This document shows, one piece after another, positions 50,340 to 62,562 of a DNA stretch of 64,000 nucleotides. Both the position numbers and the translations under genes were made by a program. Position 1 is the stretch's first letter. Every line of letters begins with the position of its first letter. The DNA is from Eukaryota sp. GEM-RC1 (taxonomy: Eukaryota): NCBI GenBank assembly GCA_040285855.1, contig JAUFOQ010000013.1, forward strand, positions 806,001 through 870,000, in the 5' to 3' direction. Below the pieces are notes generated by a model, which did not search any database, was not told the DNA's origin, and was given only the letters and a program-made list of their open reading frames with translations.

Positions 50340-50740
50340 GCATTTTAATTTTAAACAAAGCTGGAGCTGAATATTTCCCAAAGAATTCAGATCCAGACAG
50401 TAGCTCATACAAGACAACTCCAAGCGCGTAAATGTCAATAAGGGGGTGGTAACGGTATCGTACTGCTCAAGATTTTTTATGAGGAATAACCATGGCAGTG
50501 GAGAAGGTTACTACCACTTTTCGAGAAGTACCAAAACCATCAAAATGAACAAGGCCATCGACTAGAAGAATGTTCTTGGGTTTGAGATCACCATGAATAT
50601 TAGAGTGAGAGTGAATGAACTTGATAGCATAACAGAGACCTTAGTGTGTTTAAGAGAAGTCTCAGTTAGGATGTAGTGACAAGAGAAGAGGAGGCTACGA
50701 AGAGTCAGGATCATGATACGGAAACATCAGATTTGATCAT
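50340..50740 (-). pseudogene. Kinase pseudogene of the same TKL-like family
   Basis: LCYAIKFIHSHSNIHGDLKPKNILLVDGLVHFDGFGTSR..DIYALGVVLYELLSG with stops and shifts and a mutated DFG. Confidence 0.8.
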
Positions 50741-50781
50741 TCTTCTAACCTGTTTGCCGTTCTACACGAAGTTTCCTTTCA

Positions 50782-51240
50782 ATGCGAATTGCTATACTGA
50801 TCTTCCTTCTCTGTGTTTATTTCGCTTCTGCTACGTCACCTTCTTATGTACTCACAATCGAGAACAAGAATTCCTGGTATAAGTTACATCACACTGGAAA
50901 CAAAGGAATGGGGCGGAAGTATGCGATCCACTCATTGACTTTAGTCGAGTTTGTCCACGCTCCAAAAGATGTTTCTTCGTCATCATCCATCGCCGTCGAG
51001 TTAAGATTGCCACCTAACGCTCCTTACCGTAGCACTCATAGAGTAGTGATGCTTTGGGCTACTCACACTATGTCCGGAGCTGAGAAAGAAACATTGATGC
51101 TCACCTTCAATCTCAACGCTAGGGGTTGGTTTACTGGTAGTTCTTGTCAGATCACATTCCAGGATGGCAAATGGCGTCAATGCAGGTGGTGGCAAGATGA
51201 CACGAATTTTACCTATCAAATAGATACCACTCAAACTTGA
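50782..51240 (+). CDS. Small putative secreted protein (152 aa)
   Basis: MRIAILIFLLCVYFASA is signal-peptide-like; clean ORF, followed by AATAAA. Confidence 0.7.
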   Translation: MRIAILIFLLCVYFASATSPSYVLTIENKNSWYKLHHTGNKGMGRKYAIHSLTLVEFVHAPKDVSSSSSIAVELRLPPNAPYRSTHRVVMLWATHTMSGAEKETLMLTFNLNARGWFTGSSCQITFQDGKWRQCRWWQDDTNFTYQIDTTQT

Positions 51241-51344
51241 CTGGGCTAATAAACTTGTATACTGTACCGATATGGCTATCATCACTTTAAGATCCGATCA
51301 ATTGTTCCGGAAAAAGTAACTTCATAGCAGAAGTAAAGTAAAAA

Positions 51345-51900
51345 GTCTACTTGTGTGTGAGGCTGTTTCTGTCATACAATCAACTGTCAGAAGTTGATTC
51401 ATTTAAGATCAATCAGTCACAACTGTTTATGTGATCGTTGCTTAGAATTGTTTAAGAGCAGTGTTTTTCATGGGAAAATCGCACCAGTTTTAAATACCTT
51501 GTCTGAGTCAATTACAAGAGATAACAGCAGAGGAGTTTTGATTGGTCAATGGTTGTTCTCTCAAGAAATAATTATGGACTTTACTACGGGTGATCTTTGT
51601 AACTCAACTTCTGTTAACAAAATTTCAGACGAAAATTATACAGCTCTTAAAACTGCTGAAAGGAAAAAAATAGCTCGTGATGGTGAGAACTAATTACTGA
51701 GATAAATTCTCGTCGACAAAATCTCTTTGTTTTCCATCCTTTTGCTATTTCTCTTTACAAAACTGTTTGGCTTTTTCTGACAAAAACTTTTTCAATCTTT
51801 TGGCAAATTGTGTAAGCAGTATGGAAAGAATATTAACGAGAGTAATTGGAGAGGAATGTTGTCATTTTGCTCTTTAAAGCATTTTTTAGGTGTTTTGATT
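51345..51900 (+). mobile_element. RLE non-LTR retrotransposon 3' relic
   Basis: HTINCQKLIHLRSISHN..FHGKIAPVLNTLSE..IMDFTTGDLCN..LKTAERKK aligns with 44550-44860. Confidence 0.8.
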
Positions 51901-52470
51901 TAATTTTTAACCAAGTATTTGAATTGAGACATGAATTTAAGATGATGTAGAGGTATTTGTACTTCTTGTGTTAATATTGATTATATTCTTTTCTTTATTT
52001 GTAATAGTAAATAACATGCATTTAAATTTGTAAAATTTCCCTCCACCCGGTAAAAGGTCCTACACCAACCCTACATTTGACTAATCAAAAATACGTAAGT
52101 ATACTAGTAAGTAGTGCAACGGTGTTATCTTAAAGTACTAGAATTAGACTTGCAAGTTTCGTTACTTATCATCTTGATTCTCTGTGTCAATTTCCTTCAA
52201 AGGGAAACACTTTGACGCATGACAAAGAATACATCTGGATCCAAATTGAAAATTTAAGAAAATAAAACAATGACTTTCTAGTGGAGGTGCAACACGATAT
52301 CCAAAATGCTCCATCACACAACTTCTATTACAATAAAAAACTTCTGCAGTACATGTATACCTTTGACAGTCTTTGATGATTAAATTGTACTACGTGTAAT
52401 GCAAATTTCTGCAAACTATCATTATTGCTCACTGTGGTTTTAAATCCAAATATCACCGATCGGAGCTGAT

Positions 52471-53135
52471 CAGAGAACGCTAATAAATATTTATATTGCA
52501 ATATTTAAATAAGTATTGGGAAAAATATCTATTTTGGACTATTTCAGAAGACCGATATTTATTGACCTGACAATGTAATATTTATATAAATGTGATTGAA
52601 GTCAAACACTTAGAGTTGACCACAACACACACATGTGACCTGAAATGTTGTTCCTCATCGATTCGAGTTGTTCTTTCTTTATCAATTGTTTCGATATTAC
52701 ATTGCTTTCAGCCAAACACCATAAGAAGTAAGGTAAAATAACAAGTATTTGGACTTCATTTCCATAAATCTTACCATGAAACTGTGACAGCGACATGGCT
52801 GTTTGCTAAAGCTGAACTAAATTTAGAAATACATCTTCGTTCTTTTGTTGACCCAGACAGTCTTGATAAACATCTGTGTCTCCATGAACACCGTGGGTAT
52901 TCGGATTTTACATTCAGTTGAATACATTACTCACACAAGAAGAGATAAAATAGATGGAAATGAAGTCTTGGATATCGGTGTTGATGAGTATGATTGTTTC
53001 AATTAGTGTTTTTGTCTTACTAAATGGCATCACAACTAATGTCCATATTTATTGCAAAATATGGATTCCGAGTAAATATTAATTTTTATCCAATCGCAAA
53101 ATCATATTTGTTTAAATATTTATTAGTCCTCCCTG
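52471..53135. mobile_element. Degenerate TIR element, probably hAT
   Basis: Ends CAGAGAACGCTAATAAATATTT and the reverse complement CAGGGAGGACTAATAAATATTT; no TSD match. Confidence 0.4.
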
Positions 53136-53459
53136 GAACGCAGAAAAAAAGACCGTTGTGCCAAATTGATAACTTGAATCTCGTATTCTGAGACTTCCGC
53201 ATAGAAACAAAATCAATTGAACACTGAGAATCCGTTTATCCAACACTTCCAAACAATAGAAACAGCCTGTGAAACGAATCTAAATTTTGGTTGAGGTTAG
53301 GCATTAACACAACTTGGTGTATGTGGTCGGTCCTAATTCTTTAAACATTTATGATGCAAAGATCTATGAATACATTATCAGAGTGTCAGTAACTGATTTG
53401 ACAACTCTTCAAAATTCTTTGCTACCTAATCTACCGATCACAAAACAAGCAACCAGCTA

Positions 53460-53759
53460 ATGTCTGTTGAAGCTACTCTTGCTAGAATTGCCAACCATCC
53501 TGGTGTTATAGGCTATTTCGTTCTCAATGAAGACGGAGCTGCCATCAAATATCACGGATTAGACCAAACCCAAATCTCTTCATACGCTCACATTGTCCAC
53601 CAGTTCACTATTCAAGCATGTACTGGAATCAGAGATCTCGATCCTTCCAACAAGCTTAACTTTATCCGTGTCAGATCTGAAGATAACCGTGAAATCATCA
53701 TATGTCCTGAAAAGGATCTTGTCTTCGTTGTTATACAGAAAATCTCTGGTGAATCGTAG
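53460..53759 (+). CDS. DYNLRB: Dynein light chain Roadblock/LC7
   Basis: MSVEATLARIANHPGVIGYFVLNEDG..IRDLDPSNKLNFIRVRS..EIII.P..FVVIQ; 99 aa. Confidence 0.92.
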   Translation: MSVEATLARIANHPGVIGYFVLNEDGAAIKYHGLDQTQISSYAHIVHQFTIQACTGIRDLDPSNKLNFIRVRSEDNREIIICPEKDLVFVVIQKISGES

Positions 53760-54244
53760 AGGTGTACGTACTTTTTGAAAGTGTCTGCTAGTTCGGCTTC
53801 CCATATCTCTCTCTTTGCAGATCTGATAGCTCTTGTTTACGCTGAACTCCTTTACAATGTCTTCTTTCCCTCTTGTTTTCTTCATTACATCCAATAAATA
53901 TTGTATTCTACTGTTTTCATCAATCGAAAGACCTTTAAAGAAATGATTTCCTTGCTCTAACTAAGAATACAGTTTGCCCTCGATTTAGTGTTATCTCTGT
54001 CAGACCTTAAATCCAGGGCACAATGTCTCTAAACAAGAAAATCCCATGTTCTCGTTGTCATAAGAATGTTCAGTAGAATCACAAACTCAAATTCAACAAA
54101 AATACAAGAGTATATATTACAATTGAAAATACAGACAATAAATAAAAAGACTACACTTAAACCGAGTGACAAAAGACAGTATATACAAAAAAATCAAAAA
54201 CAATCAATCAAATTCGACTAAAAGATGAGCTCATCCAGTTCCAA

Positions 54245-55801
54245 TCAACAGAAACTCACATTATAACTCTGCTTAATAAACGGTTTCTCAACAGCATATG
54301 CTCCGGGTGGAGGAGTCACAAACTGCGTGCTCTCTCTAAACCGTTCATTAGCATAGAGAGAAGATTTCTTAGAAAACGACTTCTTAGTCGGACTATTGGG
54401 ATCATACAGCCCAACATCAGGACCAGAAGAGGCAGTTTCCATTTTGAAACGGTCAGAAGTTGTCGTGAATGGAGCTTTGACAGATGGGTTTCTAACCGGT
54501 TTAAAAGAGGGAATCTTGGAATCATATTTAGTTGGAGGTGGTCCCTCTGAATTAGAAATAAAGAATTCGAGAATCGATCACGTGATGAAGCAAACACTGC
54601 TGATCTCTTCTTAGGTTTAGGTTTAACTTGAGTAGTTCTTGCATTGTAATTAGTACTAGGCGGTGGTGGAGCTTCTACAGGATACATATCTCTTCCCCTT
54701 GCACCAAAGGCTGGGGACTTCTTGGATGCGAGCTTAAGTCGACGTTGAAGCTGGTTAGTGAGAGAGAGGTAGTCGTCGTTGTATTGACCAGGACCTAGAC
54801 CTTGTTCTTTTTCCTCTTTGAATCTCACTTGGGCTTGGTTAAATGCAGGTTGGGGGGTTTTTCTAGAGGCTCGTCTGCTTTTACCCCCAGTTCTACCAGG
54901 GATCGTGATTAGATTGGGAGCGTTGTTGATTGATTGTCTGGGGGTCGTGAAACGTTTACACCTTCCCCCCTAATGGAGGTTGAGCTAGAGCATTGTTTGG
55001 CTCTTCGAACTTCCACCTTGGTCTAGTTTCATACAATCCCACGGGTGGAGGATCATCAAACTCAGTAGAAGACGGTGTTAGTCCAGCTGTACGTTGGGCA
55101 GAGGAAGAGAAAGGTGCAGATGAAGGTTTAGAAGATTTTTCAAAGATTCTGGAAACGTCATAAGATCCAGGTGGAGGAGCAGTTGCCTTTGGTTCAGAAA
55201 ATCTCTCTTTCTTAGAAGAACTCCAGTTGGAAGTAGTAAAGGAGACCTGTCTGGGAGGAGGTTTAGGGTTGTAGTCTGTAGGGCCAACAGCGTCAGCAGA
55301 GGTAGTACCAGAGAAGCCCATGTTAGGAGGGGGCTGGATCATGACTAGGGTACCAGTGGTTTCGTCAACGTAGTAGCCGAAGAAACGTCGATGGTTAGGG
55401 ATTGATGGAGCTGTGGAGACGTGGTTCCACTCAGGATCAGGTGGTGGGGAGGAAGTGGTTGGTGGGGGAATTCTGTGGGTTGGTTTGATCCAGTCTTGAT
55501 TTAGGTTGTATGAACCAGGAGAGGGAGCGTCGGATTGGAGGTTGGAGAATCTTGGTTTAGATGATTTGAATGCTGATGATGTTGATGAGAAAGATGATTG
55601 CTGAAAAGAAGAAGGAATTTCATAGGAAGAAGGACTGGGTGTAACAAAGGATGAGTCGGTAGAAGTTAAGTTTCTGGAAGATGTAGAACCAAAAGGAACT
55701 CGTGCATGAATCTTACGACTTGAAGTGGGAATATTATAGGATCCCGGTGGAGGAACATCGCTTTTGACTTCCTTAAACCGAGAGCTTCGATGTAGAAGCA
55801 T
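54245..55801 (-). CDS. SHIPPO/PG-rich repeat (ODF3/STPG-like) axonemal protein; +1 shift at ~54965 and -1 shift at ~54570
   Basis: Recurrent RF..P(P/S)PGSY motifs (VPPPGSYN, APSPGSYN, APPPGSYD, GLGPGQYN, TPPPGAYA) across three joined ORFs. Confidence 0.85.
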
Positions 55802-56227
55802 CAGCGGTTTTTGTTATGTTGAGTAGTCAACAACTGAATGAATTAAATTCCAAAAAAACTTTCATGAAGTCACGACCGTACACTAGAATTTGTGATTAAG
55901 TCAAAACTATGTCAAAGTGTTGGTTTTGAAATGATTTACTTAGTATGTATGGAAGCAGTCACTAGCATCAGTAACACAAACAATCAGATTCCGCAATATT
56001 CTTAATCGTTCTTTTATTATCTGGTTCACAAAAACTGACGTCAAAACACAATGAGACCAAATGTTTAACAACATTGAAACAATTCTTACTATAAAAAACT
56101 TAAATATATATCTGAAATTTTAACGTTACAATTCAACAAGACCTAAAAGTTCCCCAGGGGATTCTTCCAAGTTCTATACAAGGAATATAGTACAACAAAA
56201 TAATAAACTCAAAGTAATTGAACTAAT

Positions 56228-56990
56228 CTACGTTGTAATCGAAGCAAAATAGTTCTCTAAATCACTCGAATCAACAGAATCACTTTCCACTCCAGCTTCT
56301 GCCAACTCAACTGCAACACCTTCCTCCACGTCACTAAGAAGTGTCACGTCATCAGAAGAGCTCGACAGAGGAGCTTCAAACTCCTCATCTTTCTCAATCA
56401 TTGTAGCTAGACGACTGATGTGGTCAGAAGTAGAACTGTTGGGAGAGGTCTTTAGGAGATGAGGTATGTATCGTTCTATTGACAGGAGATTGGTTTCGAT
56501 TTTAATAAAGGAGGAGATGGTGTCAAGGTGAGAGGAAAGTTGGGTACATTGTTTAAGAGCAGATTTGACGAGACTCTTGCGATCTTTCTGTGACAGTGGA
56601 AGAACAATTAGTTCTTTTCGTAGGTACCTGAGATGTTTCGAGATGAGTTGACGACAGTCTTCGACATATGCAAGGAATTCAGAGGGAGGAAGGGCAGGGA
56701 GAACTGGGTAGACACTGTGAGAAAAGGATGATGGAGATGTTGCAGATGAAGATAAAGAACTTGTACCGCTACGATATCCTTTTGGTGGAGATTTGACACG
56801 GCTGAATCTTGTGCCTGTGAGGGCTGAAGGAGAAGCAGGGATGGTTGGCGAGCTAAGCAGTGAAGGTTTACACTTAGTTTGAAGGTATAATATGATTTCG
56901 ACTAACTCTTCTTTGGAAAGTGAATAAAGAGTTTGACTCAAACATCGGAGTTCCAGCCGATGTTAGGTTTTGACGAAGTCTGGACATGAG
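56228..56990 (-). CDS. Hypothetical protein (Ser-rich, helical, acidic tail); 5' end frameshifted or unresolved
   Basis: 237-aa open frame with coding-like composition; no family recognised. Confidence 0.6.
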
Positions 56991-58616
56991 GAAGTTATCC
57001 TGATTCTAGTAGAAGGAAAATTGTTTGGAAGTTTGTGGATCAATGAATGTAATCCATTTTGAGTTGAGGTCTCATCATAAGTGTTTCTCCTGATTAATTC
57101 GTCCGTTGCAGACTCCTTCCTTTTTTGGGTATGAATTAAAACAGTCGACTTAAATTTGATACATGATGGGAATACATACCGATCTTACTTTAGGTATATT
57201 CTTGAATAACTCTGGGTAATGATGTCTGTTCAGCGCTTCATATTGTATAAAGTAATTCTCAGTACAAGAATACGAACAATCTCCCTGAGAATTGACACGA
57301 CTAATTTTTGGCTGAGTAACATACATAACAAGAACAGAATTAGTTTCTTATCAGGTCAAGATACATCAATAGGTTCGTCTTCGCTGTCAAAGGCACCGCA
57401 TGATACATTGGTTGGGTACACAATTCGTTGACCTGTCACCCATCCATTACACGAAAGCTCAAAATCATTCTAGAAAAAATGATGATCAATACAAGAAAGA
57501 ACACTGTATAAATTGAAGCAAAATCAACTGTTGAAATATATTGCAATATCATTGCATAATGCTGATTGAGCCAACAAGTATTTTAGTGGTCGAGCTTCTG
57601 ATGATTAATAAATTAAAGAAATATTTTTTTAACATTTTAGGTGAAATACTCAAATATGTAAATATTCAAATATTCAAATAGAGGGAATGATAACCGTAGC
57701 TGTCCATGACACCAACTACCTCATTGTCATGACGTAATGGTGTCATGACATTCATTACATCATTAAACCCATAATTGAAGAATAGATGTGGCCGAAACAA
57801 AATTCAGATACAACTTAATACAGTTTTATGCTAACTCAATTGGCTATCTACTTCTCTATGTTGATTAGCATGCTTTATTATTGATTGTATATCAAAAATG
57901 TCAAGAAACTACACTGAACGATTTAACAATGTTACGTTTGTCATGACGTAAAGTGTTAATTTGTCATGACTTAATGGACGTAATGGTGATAACACTTCTA
58001 TTAAAAACATCCCAAGATATGAGTTACAGTTGCTAACGTTCTTGATTAAATTGGAAATTAGAATCGAGATCTCAATCATAGTTTCTATCAAAACTGTCAT
58101 ATAATTCGTACTCATAGTAGTAGAAATATTGCTTGCAGCAAAAAATGTAAAATTTCATTTTATAAAAACCGGAGTTCAACTCCAAACGATGTGACGGATT
58201 AGCTAAAGATCATCGACAACTAATGTAACAACATTGAAACAACTTGTTTTCCTTTTTTTTTCTGTCTATTGCATATCTTTTAGGTTTGATATTTATCCTA
58301 AATGATGGTATAACATACCAATCAATAATGCTGGCTATACTGTGACCTTTGTTGCAATAAAAGTTTGGTAATTACTGTCGTATTGAGTTGGTGGTCATAC
58401 TGGGTTGCCATTAGGCCACAGTTGACAGAAAGAAGACGAAGAGAATAATATTGCAGTTAATAGCAGAACATACCAGAAAAGTACAACCACTTTGATCGAA
58501 CACAATACGAAAAATACAATACAACAAAAATTAATAACAAATACATATACAATGACGCGGCAATTTCGAATCAAAATGACGCCGACAATGATACTGGTAA
58601 GTATAGTAGTGTACAC

Positions 58617-59386
58617 CAGGCTTCACTAAAGTGTTAAAGTAGTTTAGACACTTTACTTTACTTGAAACGTACAATATGAGTAAAGTAACCATACTTCAAT
58701 GTTTGATGATCACAGATGTCCAAAAAAGCGATCATTACCCAATCTTTATTGTAGAAACTCACCAAAAACAACAGAGTAATAAACACCAAACAAGTGAGTG
58801 CTTGTCTTTTACTATTAACATGGAATGCCTCTTTCGAGATATGAAATGGCTTATTAAGCAGGAAGTTAAGGCAGATACGTTGGCTAAACTTTCAGGGTTC
58901 TTGATGGCAGAGCAAAGCTGGACTGATCTTCAGGTTCAAGGTCTGGAACATAGTGTCCCTACATCGCCCATCTATTCACCGAGTGAGTTGTCCCACAGAG
59001 CTTGCCCCACAGAACTTGTAGTAAAACCGAACACAAGTTCTAGACAACACTTCAAGAATTTCACAAACTGGCTTCCATTCTTCTAATGGAGTCAAGACGA
59101 TGATACCGAAAGGTATGGATAAAATGGGGGAAGGTAAAGGTGTGACTTATACTGACTACGTAACTATACTAATACCTTTGGATAACAACGAGGAAGCAAT
59201 AAAATATTTGTGTAACAAAAATGTATAACAAATGAGATTGAGATCAGGTCGTTTTTTACTGATCTTAAAGTAACGTTATAGCGCAGGTAAAGTAGCGCTT
59301 AAAGTAAAGTAAACTACAATGTACTTTAATTTACTTTACTTTAATTTTCATTTTTTTAATTTTTCAGGCTACGTTAGTGAGTCCTG
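58617..59386. mobile_element. Non-autonomous hAT-like element, 770 bp
   Basis: Ends CAGGCTTCACTAA / TTAGTGAGTCCTG; 8-bp TSD GTGTACAC/ATGTACAC (7/8); AAAGT/ACTTT subterminal repeats. Confidence 0.75.
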
Positions 59387-60010
59387 ATGTACACCATTCT
59401 TGTTGATAACAACCAACTTCTATTTGTCATCACACGTTAACACACAATCACAATAACACAATGTGATAACCTACTATCACGTGTTATAACAAAGGGCATT
59501 TGTGATAACCTTTTATGAAATACCAACTGCTATTAAGCAGAACTATAATGTAGAAACCCACCAAGAACAAAACTACTATTAGCAATTCATCGGTGGTGAT
59601 CACTGGTGCATCTACAGTACTTTGTTTTCCTCATATGTTTTACACACGCTCTATATGTGATCAATTGTGATCAATTGTCCATTCAACATCAATTTCTTCA
59701 ACCAATCCCATAGAATCCTGAACAACAACAACAGCTTCATCAGAGTCTCCCGTGGTTTCTGTACACTGTCCGGTTTTGAGGAATATCCGTCAAAACTGAT
59801 GTCAAATGACTGTTTGTTACATTCAGTATTACTTTTGGTGTTGTTTGGAGGTCAACAGTCTCGTTCTGTCGTGGAAGATGATTTAACTGAGAACTACAGC
59901 TTCTGTTCGATAGTAAACAATTAATCTTACACAACACACAAACACGAATGTACTAATTTATTCCTGATGTTGACTGTACTAGTATACAAAGACCCAATGT
60001 TATCACAAAC

Positions 60011-60305
60011 CAGGGCTGTCTAAAAATTAATTTCCCCGTAAATTAATTTTTAATTTTGGATCCATAAAATACCGTAAATTGAGAATTACGGAAATTAATT
60101 TACGGAACTCCAACATTACGGAAATTAATTTACGGTTTCAGATTAATACGGAAATTAATTTACGGAACTTGAACGATACGGAAATTAATTTACGGTTTTA
60201 AATTGTTATGGAAATTAATTTACGATTTGGATTGGTTACGGAAATTAATTTATGGTTTAGTCTCATCGCAAAATTAATTTACGGTTCAATTTTTAGACAG
60301 CCCTG
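60011..60305. mobile_element. hAT MITE, 295 bp
   Basis: TIRs CAGGGCTGTCTAAAA / TTTTAGACAGCCCTG and perfect TSD TCACAAAC (60003-60010, 60306-60313). The interior has a 30-bp-period array of TACGGAAATTAATTTACGG. Confidence 0.96.
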
Positions 60306-60627
60306 TCACAAACACATATTATTGTTATCAACAAGTATGGTATACAGTGTACACACAACAGTTTTCTGTTTCTTTTACGCAACAGTTGATACCACTCTCT
60401 CCGCTTCTTGATAATGCCAACGTCCGTACCCCTGCAGACGAAAGTCCTGGAAAAAAAAGTACGTTCTAAAAGTAAGAAATCAAGAGTTCATATAGATAAT
60501 AACGTAGTTTGATTCGGACAATGCAAGCCTTTTTACCAAGACCAGAGCTGGGATTGTATGAGACCTTCTTTTGACAAAGAACTGGTTGAGAGAGTTGTCC
60601 AAAATTGAAATTCAATCACTTCTGAAC

Positions 60628-62562
60628 ATGGACTGCTTCGTTTGTTGTGAATCGTTCAATCTTTCTAACCGTGTTCCCCTCCTAATCTGCTGCGAAGGAC
60701 ATACTTGTTGTTCCGAATGTTCAGAGTCCTTGAATCAATGTCCCCTTTGTCGTAGCGATTGTCTTGAAGATAGGAAAGTAAACTTTGCTCTGCAGGACCT
60801 GGTCAAAGCATCTCGCGATGGAGAACTCTGCCCCCAAATCCCCTCAGATCAAATCGTCCTCGGAGATAAGATCGCGGAAGGAGGTTTTGCTGAAGTTTAC
60901 TCCGCCCATTGGTTCGATCTCTCCGTCGCCATCAAGATGGTCTCCCTCACAGAGAAAGGACGCATAGAACTCCAGAGAGAAATGAATCTTCTCTTCAATC
61001 TCAACCATCCTGCTGTCATTCGTGTATTTGGTACCACCTGCTTTGCTAATTCCATTGGTATCGTCATGGAATTAGCTTCTTCTCCCTCCCCCTCCCCAAG
61101 TCTTCTCTCTCCAACTACTGTCAGGTACGCTAAAGAACTTTGCCAGGCAGTGAAGTTCCTTCATCTCAAGTCTGTTGTACATGGAGACTTAAAACCAGCC
61201 AATGTCCTTTTGGTTGACGACCATGTCAGAGTTGCGGATTTTGGCACTTCCAAGAACCTCGCCGCCACAACTCTCGTGACTAGAGCAAATGCAATGAGTC
61301 CTAAGTATGCTGCCCCTGAGCAGTTTGATTCGAGACCTGGTCCTTTTAGTGATATTTATTCTCTTGGATTAATACTATATGAACTTTTAACGGGACGAGA
61401 AGCTTTTGCTGGTTATTCAATGATGCAGATTGTTGGAGCAAAAGTTCAAGGCAAACCATTACCTTTTGATGATTCAATACCAGATTGTTTGAAAGAGATA
61501 ATAATGAAGTGTTTAAATCCAGATCCATCACTACGACCTCGAATTAATGAAATCACTGATATTTTAAATACTTTAGATGTTTTGGAAGCTGGTGGTGTTA
61601 TTAATGACCAATTATTTTTGATTGATGAAAATGAATCATTGAAAACTAAAATTGATGAACTCAGTGATGAAGTTTTGAACTTGAAAAGTGAGAATTCTGA
61701 ACTTGTCAATCATATTCAAAGTTTGTCTTCTCTCAACAATGAGCTTCATGACAAGGAAAAGTCTTTTAACCAACAAATTTTAAATTTGGAAACCGACAAT
61801 CACTTCTTAAGAGAAGAAATTGAACGTCTTAAATCCGAAATTTTAAAATTCAACTCTCCTAATAATGAAATTCCTCACAAAGCTATTGCACCACCTTCTT
61901 TTGGAAGTTCTCAAGGTTTAATTCCAAAGACAAAGAAGAAATTACAACAAGAAATACCTGTAAAAAGGGAAGTTAATAGTAATTATGAGATTGATTTGAG
62001 TAAGTTGAAACCTAGATTGAGGGAGGTTTTGGAAGAAATTAGGAATGGGTCTGTTAGTGAGGTTAGTCTTGGGAATAACTCTATTGGTACTGAAGGTGCC
62101 ATTGCATTGGCCGGTGCTTTGAAGGTCAATTCCACTGTTACTAAGATTGATCTTTGGGGTAACTCTATTGGTAATGAAGGTGCCATTGCATTGGCTGATG
62201 CTTTGAAGGTCAATTCTACTGTTACTCAGATTAATCTTGGGTATAACTCTATTGGTACTGAAGGTGCCATTGCATTGGCTGATGCTTTGAAGGTCAATTC
62301 CACTGTTACTCAGATTGATCTTAGGGTAAACTCTATTGGTAATGAAGGTGCCATTGCATTGGCTGATGCTTTGAAGGTCAATTCCACTGTTACTAAGATT
62401 GATCTTGGGGGTAACTCTATTGGTAATGAAGGTGCCATTGCATTGGCTTATGCTTTGAATGTGAATTCCACTGTTACTAAGATTTATCTTGGGGGTAACT
62501 CTATTGGCTCCAAGACTAAACAACACATCAAAAGAATGTCAAATAATCGGATCACGTGCTAA
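60628..62562 (+). CDS. RING-HC - TKL-type kinase - coiled coil - RI-type LRR protein, copy B (644 aa)
   Basis: Intact inverted paralog of 45873-47807; ATG at 60628. Confidence 0.93.
   Translation: MDCFVCCESFNLSNRVPLLICCEGHTCCSECSESLNQCPLCRSDCLEDRKVNFALQDLVKASRDGELCPQIPSDQIVLGDKIAEGGFAEVYSAHWFDLSVAIKMVSLTEKGRIELQREMNLLFNLNHPAVIRVFGTTCFANSIGIVMELASSPSPSPSLLSPTTVRYAKELCQAVKFLHLKSVVHGDLKPANVLLVDDHVRVADFGTSKNLAATTLVTRANAMSPKYAAPEQFDSRPGPFSDIYSLGLILYELLTGREAFAGYSMMQIVGAKVQGKPLPFDDSIPDCLKEIIMKCLNPDPSLRPRINEITDILNTLDVLEAGGVINDQLFLIDENESLKTKIDELSDEVLNLKSENSELVNHIQSLSSLNNELHDKEKSFNQQILNLETDNHFLREEIERLKSEILKFNSPNNEIPHKAIAPPSFGSSQGLIPKTKKKLQQEIPVKREVNSNYEIDLSKLKPRLREVLEEIRNGSVSEVSLGNNSIGTEGAIALAGALKVNSTVTKIDLWGNSIGNEGAIALADALKVNSTVTQINLGYNSIGTEGAIALADALKVNSTVTQIDLRVNSIGNEGAIALADALKVNSTVTKIDLGGNSIGNEGAIALAYALNVNSTVTKIYLGGNSIGSKTKQHIKRMSNNRITC
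62055..62510 (+). repeat. 84-bp LRR-coding tandem repeat
   Basis: As in copy A, except that the last two units differ. Confidence 0.95.

Noticed and set aside
57679..58000. TCATGAC-rich segment resembling a MITE
   Set aside because: Termini are too degenerate and there is no TSD.
60085..60290. CRISPR-like array (19-bp repeat with variable spacers)
   Set aside because: Spacers are only ~11 bp, the array lies inside TIRs with an 8-bp TSD, there are no cas genes and the context is eukaryotic. These are hAT subterminal repeats.
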